Origin: an uncultured Candidatus Rokubacteria bacterium
GTDB taxonomy: Bacteria; Methylomirabilota; Methylomirabilia; Rokubacteriales; CSP1-6
NCBI GenBank assembly: GCA_963754315.1
Contig: CAVWFS010000019.1
Coordinates: forward strand, 608,001 to 672,000
DNA length: 64,000 bases
Reading direction: 5' to 3'
The notes under the pieces are model-generated. The model was not told the DNA's origin, made no database searches, and saw only the letters and a list, made by a program, of their open reading frames with translations. Of this stretch, positions 52,063-62,786 are shown in pieces. The first letter of the stretch is position 1. Each line of letters begins with the position of its first letter. Position numbers and translations under genes: made by a program.

Positions 52063-52983
52063 ATGCGGGCCTACGTCGTCTCCCGCCTCGCCCAGACGGC
52101 GCTGGTCGTGTTTCTCTCCATCTCCGCGGTCTTCGGCATGACCCGCCTCTCCGGGGACCCGGTTCTCCTCTTCATGCCGATGGACATACAGGCCAAGGAC
52201 GTGGACGAATGGCGTCAGCGCCTGGGTTTCAACGATTCTCTGGCGATTCAGTACGCGCGCTTCCTGGGCGGCGCCCTACGCGGGGACTTCGGTGAGTCGC
52301 TCCGCTATCGCCAGGACGCCCTCGGACTCGTTCTGCAACGGCTGCCCGCCACCCTGCTGCTCGCGGGCAGCGCCCTCGTTTTGACCCTGCTCGTCGCCGT
52401 TCCGCTCGGGGTGGTCACCGCCGTCCGCCGCGACTCGTGGCTGGACCATCTCGGGACCCTCTTCACCGTGCTCGGCCAGGCGGTGCCGGGCTTCTGGCTG
52501 GGCCTCATGCTTATCTATCTCTTTGCCGTCCACCTGCGCTGGCTCCCGACCGGCGGCCTCGGCAGCCTGGCGCACCTGGTGATGCCGTCCATCGTGCTGG
52601 CCGCCTTCTTCGCGGCACGCATCGCGCGGCTCACGCGCTCGACCGTCCTCGACGTCCTGCAGGAGGACTACATCCAGACCGCGCGCGCCAAGGGGCTCGG
52701 AGCGGGCGCGGTGATCGGCAAGCACACCCTGCGCAACTCCGCCATCCCGATCGTCACCCTGGTCGGCCTCGAGGCAGGTCAGCTCATCGGGGGCGCTGTC
52801 ATTACCGAAACGATCTTCGCGTGGCCGGGTCTCGGGCGGCTCACAGTGCAGGCGCTTCTCAATCGCGATTTCCCCCTTGTGCTGGCGGCGGTCTCGTTCA
52901 CGTCGATCGTCTACACGCTGCTCAATCTGATCGTCGACCTCGCCTATGGCTGGCTCGACCCGCGCATTCGAGTCAAGGCATGA
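52063..52983 (+). CDS. Peptide ABC permease (DppB-like)
   Basis: GDFGES, DYIQTARAKG, ETIFAWPG. Confidence 0.92.
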   Translation: MRAYVVSRLAQTALVVFLSISAVFGMTRLSGDPVLLFMPMDIQAKDVDEWRQRLGFNDSLAIQYARFLGGALRGDFGESLRYRQDALGLVLQRLPATLLLAGSALVLTLLVAVPLGVVTAVRRDSWLDHLGTLFTVLGQAVPGFWLGLMLIYLFAVHLRWLPTGGLGSLAHLVMPSIVLAAFFAARIARLTRSTVLDVLQEDYIQTARAKGLGAGAVIGKHTLRNSAIPIVTLVGLEAGQLIGGAVITETIFAWPGLGRLTVQALLNRDFPLVLAAVSFTSIVYTLLNLIVDLAYGWLDPRIRVKA

Positions 52984-53780
52984 AGGCCGTCCTCGGCCTG
53001 ACCCTCTCGCTGGTCGTGGTGGGCGCGGCCCTGGGGGCATCGTGGCTGGCCCCGGCCGATCCGCTGAAGACAGACTTCGCCATGAGCCTCCGCCCGCCCG
53101 GGTCACCGGGACATCCGTTCGGGACTGACCAGCTCGGCCGCGATCTTCTTTCCCGCATTCTCTACGGAGCGCGGCTCTCACTCTTCATCGGCACCTGCAC
53201 CGTGCTGGTCACGGCGGTGGTTGGCAGCCTCCTCGGCCTCGCCGCGGGCTTCGTGGAACGCTGGCCGGCCACCGTCCTCATGCGCATCGCCGACGTCCAG
53301 CTGTCCTTTCCATTCATTCTGCTCGCGTTGACCATCAATGCCATCGTGGGGTTAGGGCTGCGCAACATCATCCTGAGCCTGGCCGCGGCGGGCTGGGTCG
53401 TCTATGCCCGCGTGGTCCGTGGCGAAGTGCTCTCGGTGAAGCAGCGCGACTTCGTGCAGGCGGCAGCCGCCCTCGGCGTGGGGCGCCCGCGCCTGCTCTT
53501 TCGCCACGTGCTCCCCAACGTGGCCCCGTCCATTGTCGTGGTGGCCAGCCTGCAGTTCTCGCAGTTCGTGGTGGCCGAGGCCGCCATCAGCTTCCTCGGC
53601 TTCGGGGTGCAACCACCCACGCCGGCCTGGGGCAGCATGCTCTCGGAGAGTCGCGATTTCCTCTACGTGGCCTGGTGGCTGGCGGCCCTCCCAGGAGCCG
53701 CCCTTGCGGTGACCGCGCTCGGAGTGAATCTCCTCGGCGACTGGCTACGGGACACGCTCGATCCGAAGCTCAGGATGTGA
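52980..53780 (+). CDS. Peptide ABC permease (DppC-like)
   Basis: FGTDQLGRD, RHVLPN, EAAISFLG. Confidence 0.92.
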   Translation: MKAVLGLTLSLVVVGAALGASWLAPADPLKTDFAMSLRPPGSPGHPFGTDQLGRDLLSRILYGARLSLFIGTCTVLVTAVVGSLLGLAAGFVERWPATVLMRIADVQLSFPFILLALTINAIVGLGLRNIILSLAAAGWVVYARVVRGEVLSVKQRDFVQAAAALGVGRPRLLFRHVLPNVAPSIVVVASLQFSQFVVAEAAISFLGFGVQPPTPAWGSMLSESRDFLYVAWWLAALPGAALAVTALGVNLLGDWLRDTLDPKLRM

Positions 53781-53834
53781 TGTATGCTCCCCCTGTCGCA
53801 AGCGATCCGGCGCAATACGGGAGGAGACCGGCCT

Positions 53835-55370
53835 ATGCGTCGCTCACGCGTGCTCCTGACCATTGTCGTACTCCTCGGCGGGTTGATCGGTGTCCTGACG
53901 AGCGCCGCGGCCCAGGACCGGGTTCGCGCCAAGGAGGTCGTGGTCGGGCTGGGAGCCGAGCCCCGCACCATGCTGGCGGTGACCATCGTGGACTGGACGA
54001 CCAACACCCAGCTCGAGCACATGTATGACCGGCTGCTCGACCGGGACCCCAAGACGCTCCGCCCCAAGCCGATGCTCGCCACGGGGTGGAAGGTCATCAA
54101 TGACACGACCTGGGAATTCACCCTGCGCCAGGGGGTCAAGTTCCACAACGGTGAGCCGTTCGACGCCCAGTCCGTCAAGGCGACGATGGACTATCTGAAG
54201 GATCCGAACAGCAAGTCCCACTACGCCGCCTATTGGAAGCTGGTCAAGGACGTGCAGATCGTCAACGACTTCACCGTACGATTCATCACGGAGAAGCCGT
54301 GGCCGAGCCTCATCGATCGGGCATCCCTCACGGACTTCTTGATCATGCCCGCCAAGGCCCTCAAGGAGCTTGGACCGGACAAGCTCGCCCAGAAGCCCAT
54401 CGGCACCGGACCGTTCCGCTTCGTAGAGTGGCGGCGCGATGACCGGCTGGTGCTGGAGCGCAACCCCGATTACTGGGCTGGCCCCGCAGACGTGAGCCGA
54501 GTGACATTCCGCTTCATCCCCGAGTTCAGCACGCGGCTGGCCGCGCTGCTCTCGGGAGAGATCGACATCATGAAGGACGTGCCGCCCCATGCCGTCGAGC
54601 CGGTGGACAAGAGTGGACGCGCCAAGATCCGCTCGGCGGTATCCTCGCGCATCAACTACCTCGCCCTGGTGAATCTGAAGCCGGGCCCGATGCAGGATCT
54701 GCGCGTGCGACGAGCCATGAATCATGCCGTCAACGTGGACGAGCTGATCACTCAGGTGCTCAAGGGCCGGGCCACCAAGATCTGCGGCCCCCTGTCGCCG
54801 GCCAACGTCGACTACGCGCCGGGCGAGTGCTACCAGTATGACCCCACCCGCGCCCAGGCCCTCTTCAAAGAAGCCGGACTCGATCCCGGCAAGCTCCAGC
54901 TGACCCTCGACACACCGTCAGGGCGCTATCCTCTCGACAAGGACGTGTCCCTGGCCATCGCCGCCCAGCTCCAGCGCCTCGGCATCAAGACTAACGTGGT
55001 AGTGAATGAGTGGGGCACGCACCTCGACAAGATCAAGAACCGCAATACCGGTGACATGTTCTTCCTGGGCTGGGGACCGTCCGTCTTCGGGCAAACGGTG
55101 ATGGAACCCCTCTTCCAGGCCAACCAGACGTACGCGTCCTACGGCAACAACAAGGTCATCGACGAGAAGATCGCCCGCGCCATCACCATCGTGGACGCCA
55201 AGGGCCGGGCGGCGGCCTACGCCGAGCTGCAACGGCTCGTCCACGACGAGGCCGCCTGGGTTCCGCTCTGGCAGCAGCACGACCTGTACGGAGTGGCCAA
55301 CACCGTCGAGTGGACGCCACGCGCTGACGAGAAGGTGTGGATGTACGAGGCAAAAGTCGTCGCGCGTTAG
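53835..55370 (+). CDS. Peptide ABC substrate-binding protein (family 5)
   Basis: Signal peptide; LRQGVKFHNGEPF, GTGPF; GGAGGAG RBS. Confidence 0.92.
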   Translation: MRRSRVLLTIVVLLGGLIGVLTSAAAQDRVRAKEVVVGLGAEPRTMLAVTIVDWTTNTQLEHMYDRLLDRDPKTLRPKPMLATGWKVINDTTWEFTLRQGVKFHNGEPFDAQSVKATMDYLKDPNSKSHYAAYWKLVKDVQIVNDFTVRFITEKPWPSLIDRASLTDFLIMPAKALKELGPDKLAQKPIGTGPFRFVEWRRDDRLVLERNPDYWAGPADVSRVTFRFIPEFSTRLAALLSGEIDIMKDVPPHAVEPVDKSGRAKIRSAVSSRINYLALVNLKPGPMQDLRVRRAMNHAVNVDELITQVLKGRATKICGPLSPANVDYAPGECYQYDPTRAQALFKEAGLDPGKLQLTLDTPSGRYPLDKDVSLAIAAQLQRLGIKTNVVVNEWGTHLDKIKNRNTGDMFFLGWGPSVFGQTVMEPLFQANQTYASYGNNKVIDEKIARAITIVDAKGRAAAYAELQRLVHDEAAWVPLWQQHDLYGVANTVEWTPRADEKVWMYEAKVVAR

Positions 55371-55391
55371 CGCGACGGGGGAGACCGCCCG

Positions 55392-56627
55392 ATGAGCCTG
55401 ACCGTCTTCACGAACGCGTTCCTGATCGACTGCACGGGTGCCGAGCCGCGAGAGGGCGCGGCGGTCGTGGTGGAGGACGAGCGCATCGTCGACGTCATTG
55501 CCGGCGGCCGCGTGGGACCCTTGACCGGTGAGGTGACGACGCACGACCTGAAGGGCGCGACCCTCATGCCCGGCCTCACCGATGCCCACGTCCACATCTG
55601 CGCGGTGGAGGGCAACATCACCGATCAGCATCGCTACCTGCCGCCGAGCCTCCTGGCGGCCAAGGCTCTGCGGCGCGCTGAGGAGTGCCTCCTGCAGGGC
55701 TTCACGACCGTGCGCGACGCCGGCGGCGCCGACTACGGCTTCCGGGAAGCCATCCACGAGGGGATCTATCCAGGTCCACGCCTGCTCGTGTCAGGCAACT
55801 ACATCTCCCAGACGGGCGGCCACGGCGATAAGCGGCGCCGGGCGGAGTGGATCGAGCCCATCGGCTGCTGCCTCGGCATGGTCGGGTCCATCGCCGACGG
55901 CGAGGCCGAAGTGCGCAAGGCCGTGCGAGAGCAACTCAGGCGGGACGTGGACCAGATCAAGATCATGGCGTCGGGAGGAGCCATGTCGCCCGCCGACGAG
56001 CTGGACACCACCCAGTACACGGTGGGCGAGATGCGGGCGGCGGTGGAGGAGGCGCAGGCGGTGGGCAAGTACGTGCTGGCCCATGCCTACTCCGACCTGG
56101 CCGTGCGCAACGCCATCGAGGCCGGCGTGCGCTCCATCGAGCACGGCAACCTCATCCGAGAGGCGGCCGCCCAGGCCATCAAGCGGGCGGAGGCGTTCAT
56201 CGTGCCGACCATGGTCACGTACGAGACGATCTATCGGGAGGGGAAGCGCTACGGCATCGGCGATCACCAGATCCAGAAGATCAACCAGGCCCGCGAGCAG
56301 AGCGTGCAAGGCCTGGAATATGCCTACCGGGCCGGCTGCCGGATCGGCTCCGGCTCGGATCTTCTCGGCGACATGATGGTCCAGCGGGCGGTTGAGTTCG
56401 AGCTGAAAGCGCAGGTCATGAAGCCGATGGAGGTGCTCCTGTCGGCCACCAAGGTCAACGCCGAGCTATTCCGAATGAGCGAGCGCATCGGCACCGTGGA
56501 GGCGAAGAAGTATGCCGATCTCATCGTGGTCAGTGGCAATCCGCTCAAGAACCTGCGCGTCTTCCAGAACCAGGACAATCTGAAGCTCATCATGAAGGGC
56601 GGCCGCCTCTACAAGCGAGCCCTGTGA
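55392..56627 (+). CDS. Metal-dependent amidohydrolase (prolidase-like)
   Basis: PGLTDAHVH, GFTTVRDAGG, LAHAY, SIEHG. Confidence 0.9.
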   Translation: MSLTVFTNAFLIDCTGAEPREGAAVVVEDERIVDVIAGGRVGPLTGEVTTHDLKGATLMPGLTDAHVHICAVEGNITDQHRYLPPSLLAAKALRRAEECLLQGFTTVRDAGGADYGFREAIHEGIYPGPRLLVSGNYISQTGGHGDKRRRAEWIEPIGCCLGMVGSIADGEAEVRKAVREQLRRDVDQIKIMASGGAMSPADELDTTQYTVGEMRAAVEEAQAVGKYVLAHAYSDLAVRNAIEAGVRSIEHGNLIREAAAQAIKRAEAFIVPTMVTYETIYREGKRYGIGDHQIQKINQAREQSVQGLEYAYRAGCRIGSGSDLLGDMMVQRAVEFELKAQVMKPMEVLLSATKVNAELFRMSERIGTVEAKKYADLIVVSGNPLKNLRVFQNQDNLKLIMKGGRLYKRAL

Positions 56628-56649
56628 TGGCCAGGGCAACGAGGACGAC

Positions 56650-57969
56650 GTGGTGAGACCGGCGCGCGCGCGAGGGAGCGCCGATTCCCGCTTCGATTTG
56701 CTGCTGCGCGGCGGCCGGGTTGTCGATCCTGCTCGCAACCTCGACGCGGTGATGGACGTCGCCCTGGCCGGAGGCCGGGTGGCAGCGGTGGCTCCGTCCA
56801 TCCCGGCCAAGGCTGCGCGCCGCACCGTGAACGTCCGCGACCGGCTCGTCATCCCCGGCATGATCGACACCCACGCCCATGTCTACGAGCACGTGACCGG
56901 AAGCTTCGGCCTCAACCCGGATCTCGTCGGCGTGCGGGCGGGTGTGACGACCCTGGTCGATCAGGGGGGCGCCGGACCCCTCACCCTGATGGGCTTTCGC
57001 AAATTCATTGCCGAGCCGGCCAGCACGCGCGTCCTCGCCTTCGTCTCCAATTACCTCGTGGGCGGCCTGGTCGGCCATCGCTACACGGCTCTGTACGGCC
57101 CCCATGGCATCGACGTGCGCGAGACGGTCAAGGCCATCGAGGGCAACCGCGATCTGGTCAAGGGCATCAAGGCCCACGGGGAGGTCGGTGGCTATTCGCG
57201 CTGGGGCGTGGAAACTCTACGCCTGGCCAAGGCAGCCTCTCGCCAGGCAAGAGTGCCCGTGTACGTGCACCTCGGACGGCTCTGGGCCGAGGCCGACGGC
57301 ACACGTATCGACCCCGACACGGTCGTTCCCGAGGTGGTGCCCTTGCTCGATCCCGGAGACATCCTCGCCCATCCGTTCACCAAGAACGCAGGAGCCTTCG
57401 TCTCCCGCGAAGGAAAGGTCCACCCGCTCATCTTCGAGGCCGTGCAGCGCGGCGTCCACATCGACGTCGGCCGGGGCGGTCATATGAGCTTCGCCGCCGC
57501 GCGCGCCGTGCTCGATGCCGGCCTCCACCCCTTCACGGTGGGCGGCGACGTGCACGGCTACACGATCGCGAGGCTGGAGGACGGAAGCTGGGACAAGGGC
57601 TACTTCGACGAGCAGGAGCGACCAGGAGAAGCCGCTCACCCGATCGGCGGTGCGCGCGTGCACAGCCTCGTGCAGGTGCTCGATGAACTGCTCGCCCTCG
57701 GCCTGCCTCTGACCGACGTCGTCCGCATGGTGACGGCCAACGCTGCGGTCCTCCTGGGCCTCGAGGGCGAGATCGGCACTCTGGCTCCCGGGGCGGTCGG
57801 CGACGTCAGCGTGCTGGCCGTGGTCGAGGGCGAGTGGATCCTGTCTGACAGCCTCGGGGTCGAGTTGCGCGCGACCATGCGGCTGCGGCCGGAGATGGCC
57901 GTGCGCGGCGGCGTCATGTACCAGGCCGACTCACCGCTGCTCCGCGCCGGCGCCCTTCAGGTGGCCTGA
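56650..57969 (+). CDS. Dihydroorotase-like amidohydrolase/deacetylase
   Basis: PGMIDTHAH, GVTTLVDQG, GIKAH, YVHLG, LAH. Confidence 0.85.
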   Translation: MVRPARARGSADSRFDLLLRGGRVVDPARNLDAVMDVALAGGRVAAVAPSIPAKAARRTVNVRDRLVIPGMIDTHAHVYEHVTGSFGLNPDLVGVRAGVTTLVDQGGAGPLTLMGFRKFIAEPASTRVLAFVSNYLVGGLVGHRYTALYGPHGIDVRETVKAIEGNRDLVKGIKAHGEVGGYSRWGVETLRLAKAASRQARVPVYVHLGRLWAEADGTRIDPDTVVPEVVPLLDPGDILAHPFTKNAGAFVSREGKVHPLIFEAVQRGVHIDVGRGGHMSFAAARAVLDAGLHPFTVGGDVHGYTIARLEDGSWDKGYFDEQERPGEAAHPIGGARVHSLVQVLDELLALGLPLTDVVRMVTANAAVLLGLEGEIGTLAPGAVGDVSVLAVVEGEWILSDSLGVELRATMRLRPEMAVRGGVMYQADSPLLRAGALQVA

Positions 57970-58009
57970 TCGCTTCGTAGAGGGCCCGGCCGATGGGCAA
58001 GACGCCGCG

Positions 58010-58798
58010 GTGAGGTGGACCTACCTGATCAACGGGTTGGCTGGCTTCTGGTTGGCAGGCTGCTCCGGGCTGATCGACCACTTCACGTTCCTGCCCGATC
58101 GGACGGTCGGTCCGGCGCCGGCGGGGGTCGAAGAGCGCTGGATCACGACCGAGGACGGCCAACGTCTGCATGCCTGGTACGCGGCCGGACGGGAGTCCGC
58201 GCCGACCCTGCTCTGGTCACATGGCAACGCCGGCAACATCGACTCACGTCGGGAGGTGTTCCTCGCTCTCGCTCAACGGGGTCTGGGGGTGCTCGCCTAC
58301 GACTATCGTGGGTATGGGAAGAGCGCGGGCTCGCCGCACGAGGCGGGGGTCTATCTCGACGCGGTGGCCGTGTTCGACAGCGAGGTGGCTCGCGGCCGGG
58401 ACCCCCGCACGATCGTGTGCTTCGGGGAATCGCTGGGCGGAGCCGTGTCGATCGAGCTGGCCGTCCGGAGACCGTGTGGAGCGGTGGTCGTGGTGTCGAC
58501 GTTCACGCGTCTCGCCGACGTGGCCCGCTGGCACTACGGGCCACTGGGAGCACTGGCGGGCGACAGGTTCGACTCGCTCGCGCGCGTGTCAAGCGTGTCG
58601 GCACCCATTCTCGTCGCGCACGGCGACCAGGACGAGATCGTCCCCTTCCAGCAAGGGCAGCAGCTGTTCGCGGCGGCACCCGATCCGAAACGCTTCTACC
58701 GGATCGCGGGGGCGCGCCACAACGGTACGATGGGTGCCGACAGAGTCCTCGATGTCATCGCCAGCTTCGCCCGCGCCGAAGTGGCCCGTGTCCGTTGA
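58010..58798 (+). CDS. Alpha/beta hydrolase, probable lipoprotein
   Basis: LAGC lipobox; HGNAG, DYRGYG, GESLG, HGDQD, HN. Confidence 0.88.
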   Translation: MRWTYLINGLAGFWLAGCSGLIDHFTFLPDRTVGPAPAGVEERWITTEDGQRLHAWYAAGRESAPTLLWSHGNAGNIDSRREVFLALAQRGLGVLAYDYRGYGKSAGSPHEAGVYLDAVAVFDSEVARGRDPRTIVCFGESLGGAVSIELAVRRPCGAVVVVSTFTRLADVARWHYGPLGALAGDRFDSLARVSSVSAPILVAHGDQDEIVPFQQGQQLFAAAPDPKRFYRIAGARHNGTMGADRVLDVIASFARAEVARVR

Positions 58799-58832
58799 GA
58801 GGACCACGGGGCGTCGGGAACCCTCACGCGCC

Positions 58833-60248
58833 TCAGAGAGCGACCGGAGGCCGCCGCCGTCCGACGCCCGTGGCCTGCTCGAAGGCATACGCGAGCTGGA
58901 GCACCGGCAGCTCACTCTGGTGGCGGCCCACGATCTGAATCCCCACCGGTAGCCCCTCGGGTGTGAAGCCGGCGGGGACGGAGATAGCCGGGAGGCCGGT
59001 CACCGTGATGTCGGAACACGAGCGCATCCAGTCGATGTAGGTCGGCAAGGGCTGGCCGTTGATCTCCGTCACGTAGGGGCGCCCGACGTCGAAGGGCGGC
59101 ACCTGCACGGTGGGTAAGATCAGGAACTCGTGGGTTTCCATGAACCGGCGCACCCGGTCATAGAGTTGGGTGCGCTTGAGCTCGGCATCGGCGACCTGCG
59201 GACCCGTCAGCTTCAGCCCTTCCTCGATGTTCCAGATCACCGTGTCCTTCATCTGGTGGCGATGCTCGGCCAGCAAGGGGGCGAGGCGGGCGGCGAAGGT
59301 CCACGCGCGCCACACCTGGAAGATCTCGCGGGCATTCGTGAAATCAGGCTGGCCCTCCTCCACGACGCAGCCGAGAGAAGTGAACGTGGTGCGGTGGCCG
59401 TCGAAGATCGCGCGGACGCGGCGGTCGACGGGAAGTCCTCCCAGATCGGGACTCCAGGCGATTCGTACACCGCGGAAGTCGCGGTGTAGTGGCGTGCGGA
59501 ATCGGTCGCCCGGCTCGGCGATGGCAAGGGGCGCCCGTGGGTCCGGCCCCGCCATCACGGAGAGCAGCAGGGCAACGTCCTGCACCGTGCGCGCCATCGG
59601 GCCCTGGACCGAGAAGGGCGACCACGCCAGGAGGGCGGGCCACACCGGTACCCGGCCCGGCGCGGAGCGGAGCCCCACGACGTTGCAGAAGCTCGCGGGA
59701 TTTCGGAGCGAGCCGCCCATGTCACTACCGTCGGCGATCGGCATCATGCCGCAGGCCAACGCCACCGCGGCGCCCCCACTGGAGCCGCCACACGTCTTCG
59801 AGGCGTCGTATGGATTGAGGGTGGCGCCGAAGACGGGGTTGAAGGTTTGCGAACCCGCCCCAAACTCGGGCGTGTTGGTCTTGCCAATGGTGATGGCGCC
59901 CGCGCCGCGCAGCCGTTCGATGATGAGCCCGTCGACGTCAGGGACGTGATCCCGATAGATCGGCGAACCTGACGTGGTGCGAATGCCCTTCGTGGGCACC
60001 AGATCCTTGTGCGCGATGGGTAGCCCGAAGAGCGAACCGACGGGGTCGCCCCGGCCGAGGGTTGCGTCCGCCGCCCGCGCTTCGGCGAGCGCGCGCTCGG
60101 CGGTGAGGGTAACGATCGCGTTCACCTTGCCGTTGACACGCTCGATCTGGGCCAGGTGCGCTCGCACCACTTCAGTCACCGAGACCTCACGGGTCCGGAT
60201 ACGCTCAGCCAGCTCGGTGGCCGTCATGAAGCAGAGGTCAGTCGTCAT
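58833..60248 (-). CDS. Amidase signature family enzyme
   Basis: HKD, GKTNTPEFG, GGSSGG, GSDMGGSLRNPA. Confidence 0.93.
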   Translation of the reverse strand: MTTDLCFMTATELAERIRTREVSVTEVVRAHLAQIERVNGKVNAIVTLTAERALAEARAADATLGRGDPVGSLFGLPIAHKDLVPTKGIRTTSGSPIYRDHVPDVDGLIIERLRGAGAITIGKTNTPEFGAGSQTFNPVFGATLNPYDASKTCGGSSGGAAVALACGMMPIADGSDMGGSLRNPASFCNVVGLRSAPGRVPVWPALLAWSPFSVQGPMARTVQDVALLLSVMAGPDPRAPLAIAEPGDRFRTPLHRDFRGVRIAWSPDLGGLPVDRRVRAIFDGHRTTFTSLGCVVEEGQPDFTNAREIFQVWRAWTFAARLAPLLAEHRHQMKDTVIWNIEEGLKLTGPQVADAELKRTQLYDRVRRFMETHEFLILPTVQVPPFDVGRPYVTEINGQPLPTYIDWMRSCSDITVTGLPAISVPAGFTPEGLPVGIQIVGRHQSELPVLQLAYAFEQATGVGRRRPPVAL

Positions 60249-60269
60249 CGTTCGAGGCCTCCGAAGTGA

Positions 60270-61685
60270 TCAGCCGACAGCAGGACGGTGCTGGGCCCAG
60301 GGGCGGGCCGCCTCGAAGGCGGCCGATGCCTGGAGCACGGTGAGGTCGGCGAACCGACGGCCGACGATCTGCAGGCCAACCGGCAGACCGGCCGGCGTGA
60401 AGCCCGCGGGCACCGACGCGGCCGGCTGACCCGTGAAGTTGAACGGATAGCTGAATGAGGCCCAGGCGATCCAGTCCCAGACGCGCTCAGGAGCCGACCA
60501 ATGCTCCGGATTGAGACGCCCCACGGGAAAGGCCGCCACCGAGAGGGACGGAGTGAGGAGCAGGTCATAGCGCTCGAAGAACGGCCGGATGGAGTCCCAG
60601 TGCTCCATCTTGCGACCGCGCAGTCGGATGTAGTCCGCGGCGTCCATCTTGAGCCCTTCCTCGATGCAGGCCACCAGCCCGGGATCCATGCGGGCTCGCC
60701 ATTGCGGCAGGAAATGGCCATACGTACCCGCGTAGTGTGCGGCCCACATGCCGCGGATCAGCTCGTAGGTCGGCGGCCAGTTCGGTTCGGTCTCGTCTAC
60801 CACGCACCCGAGGCCCTCGAAGACACGCGCCGCCTCGCGTACCACGGCAGCAACCTCCGGATCGACGCGCAGGCCATCGAGGGTCGGACTGAAGGCCACG
60901 CGCAAACCCTTGACGCCCACGCCGAGCTTGCCGACGTAGTCATCTGGTGGGGCATCGAGGCACGTCCGGTCCCGATCGTCCGGGCCCGCCATCACCATCA
61001 GCATCAGCGCTCCGTCGATAACGGACCGTGTCATGGGGCCATTGTGGGTCGTGTAGTCGTTATTGGACACCGGCCACATGGGGACGCGGCCAAATGACGG
61101 CTTGAGACCGAAGACGCCGCAGAAGGCCGACGGAATGCGGATCGATCCTGCTCCGTCGGAGCCGTGATGCAGCGGCCCGATTCCCGCAGCGGCCGCCGCG
61201 CCGGCTCCCGCGCTCGAGCCGCCGGTGTTCATGGCAGTATTCCATGGGTTGCGGGTGCTCCCGGTGAGGGGACTATCGCCGAGCCCGACCCAGCCGAACT
61301 CCGGCGTGGTCGTTTTGCCGATCAGGACGGCGCCGGCCGCCTTGAGACGGGCGACGTAGGGGGCGTCGACCTCGGGGACGCGGTGCTCGAAGATGAAGGA
61401 ACCTCCCATCGTGCGCACGCCCTTGGTGAAGGCCAGGTCCTTGACCGAGACGGGAATGCCGTGCAGAGGCCCCAACTGGTCGCCTCGCATCACGGCTTGC
61501 TCGGCCGCCCGCGCCGCGGCCTGGGCTTCATCGACGGTGACTGTGCAGAAGCAGTTGAGCCGGGGATTGAGCTGCTCCAGGCGGTTGAGCACGGCGCGCG
61601 TGAGCTCGACGGGCGAGAGGGCCTTGGTGCGGATCATCCTCACCAGATCAACGGCTGGCGTGTAGCAGAGATCGGTGTTTGTCAT
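60270..61685 (-). CDS. Amidase signature family enzyme
   Basis: VKD, GKTTTPEFG, GGSSAG, GSDGAGSIRIP. Confidence 0.93.
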   Translation of the reverse strand: MTNTDLCYTPAVDLVRMIRTKALSPVELTRAVLNRLEQLNPRLNCFCTVTVDEAQAAARAAEQAVMRGDQLGPLHGIPVSVKDLAFTKGVRTMGGSFIFEHRVPEVDAPYVARLKAAGAVLIGKTTTPEFGWVGLGDSPLTGSTRNPWNTAMNTGGSSAGAGAAAAAGIGPLHHGSDGAGSIRIPSAFCGVFGLKPSFGRVPMWPVSNNDYTTHNGPMTRSVIDGALMLMVMAGPDDRDRTCLDAPPDDYVGKLGVGVKGLRVAFSPTLDGLRVDPEVAAVVREAARVFEGLGCVVDETEPNWPPTYELIRGMWAAHYAGTYGHFLPQWRARMDPGLVACIEEGLKMDAADYIRLRGRKMEHWDSIRPFFERYDLLLTPSLSVAAFPVGRLNPEHWSAPERVWDWIAWASFSYPFNFTGQPAASVPAGFTPAGLPVGLQIVGRRFADLTVLQASAAFEAARPWAQHRPAVG

Positions 61686-61707
61686 GAGTTTCTCATCCTC
61701 GGACTCG

Positions 61708-62547
61708 TTAGAGCATCGGCAGTGACCGCCCGCGCGGTCCACGCGGGAACGCCGCTTCGATCCGCCCGAGCTCGGCTTCGCTCAGCGACAGACTCCCCGC
61801 TCCCGCATTCTCCGTGGCGTGGTCGATGTTGGCGGCCTTGGGAATGGTAAACCACGATTCATGCCGGGTCAGGAAGCGAAGCGCCACCTGGCGAGGAGTG
61901 GCGCCGTGGGCGACGGCGATCTCTTGCAGGACGCGGCCTCCCCTCGTGCGCGGGCCCGGGAAGCGGTCATGACCAAACGGGCTGTAAGCAACCACGGCCA
62001 CCCCATGCGCCTCACACCAAGGGGCGACCGCATGCTCGATCGCGCGTTCCTCGAGATGGTACAGGACCTGATTGCAGGCGAGGCGGCCTTCGCCGGCAAT
62101 CTTCTCGACCGCGTTCAGATCGGGTACATCGAAGTTGCTCACGCCCCACGAGACGATCTTTCCCTCGCGCCGCAGCTGCTCGAAGGCCGCGATCGTCTCC
62201 TCCAGAGGGTGGGGGCCAGGCCAATGCAAGAGGTAGCAATCGAGCCGGTCGGTCTTGAGACGAGTGAGCGATCGTTCGCAGGCGACCAGGGCTCCCTGTC
62301 TGGACGCATTTTGGGGAACGACCTTCGATACGAGAAAGACTTCCTCCCGACACCCGGCGATGGCTTCGGCTACCACGTGCTCGGCCTCTCCGTACATCTC
62401 GGCCGTGTCGAGATGGGTCATGCCGAGTTCGAACCCTCGACGGAGGGCAGCGATCGCGGAACCACGGTCGGCCCGATCGATATACCAGGTTCCTTGCCCG
62501 ATCACCGAGACCTGATGGGGCGTGGAGCCCCACCGACGATGTTCCAT
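61708..62547 (-). CDS. Aldo/keto reductase
   Basis: IGQGTW, DTAEMYG, LVSK, LLHWP, GVSNF. Confidence 0.92.
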   Translation of the reverse strand: MEHRRWGSTPHQVSVIGQGTWYIDRADRGSAIAALRRGFELGMTHLDTAEMYGEAEHVVAEAIAGCREEVFLVSKVVPQNASRQGALVACERSLTRLKTDRLDCYLLHWPGPHPLEETIAAFEQLRREGKIVSWGVSNFDVPDLNAVEKIAGEGRLACNQVLYHLEERAIEHAVAPWCEAHGVAVVAYSPFGHDRFPGPRTRGGRVLQEIAVAHGATPRQVALRFLTRHESWFTIPKAANIDHATENAGAGSLSLSEAELGRIEAAFPRGPRGRSLPML

Positions 62548-62786
62548 GCCCGGTCCTCCTTCAGCCGCGTCCCCGTCGCATGGTGATCGGGGGGATGGGA
62601 GGGAGATCGCACGCTTGGCGATCTGCCGCAACGCCTCCAAGATGTCTCACGTTCTCCCGGACCAGTCAATTCAGTGCGGTCCCCGGCACGGGTCACGGCC
62701 GCCGCGCTCGCTCGCACATTGACTGCGGCGAGCCTCGTGACACAATCAGGAGGAGACACGATCAGGACGCGGAAGGGACACCAACG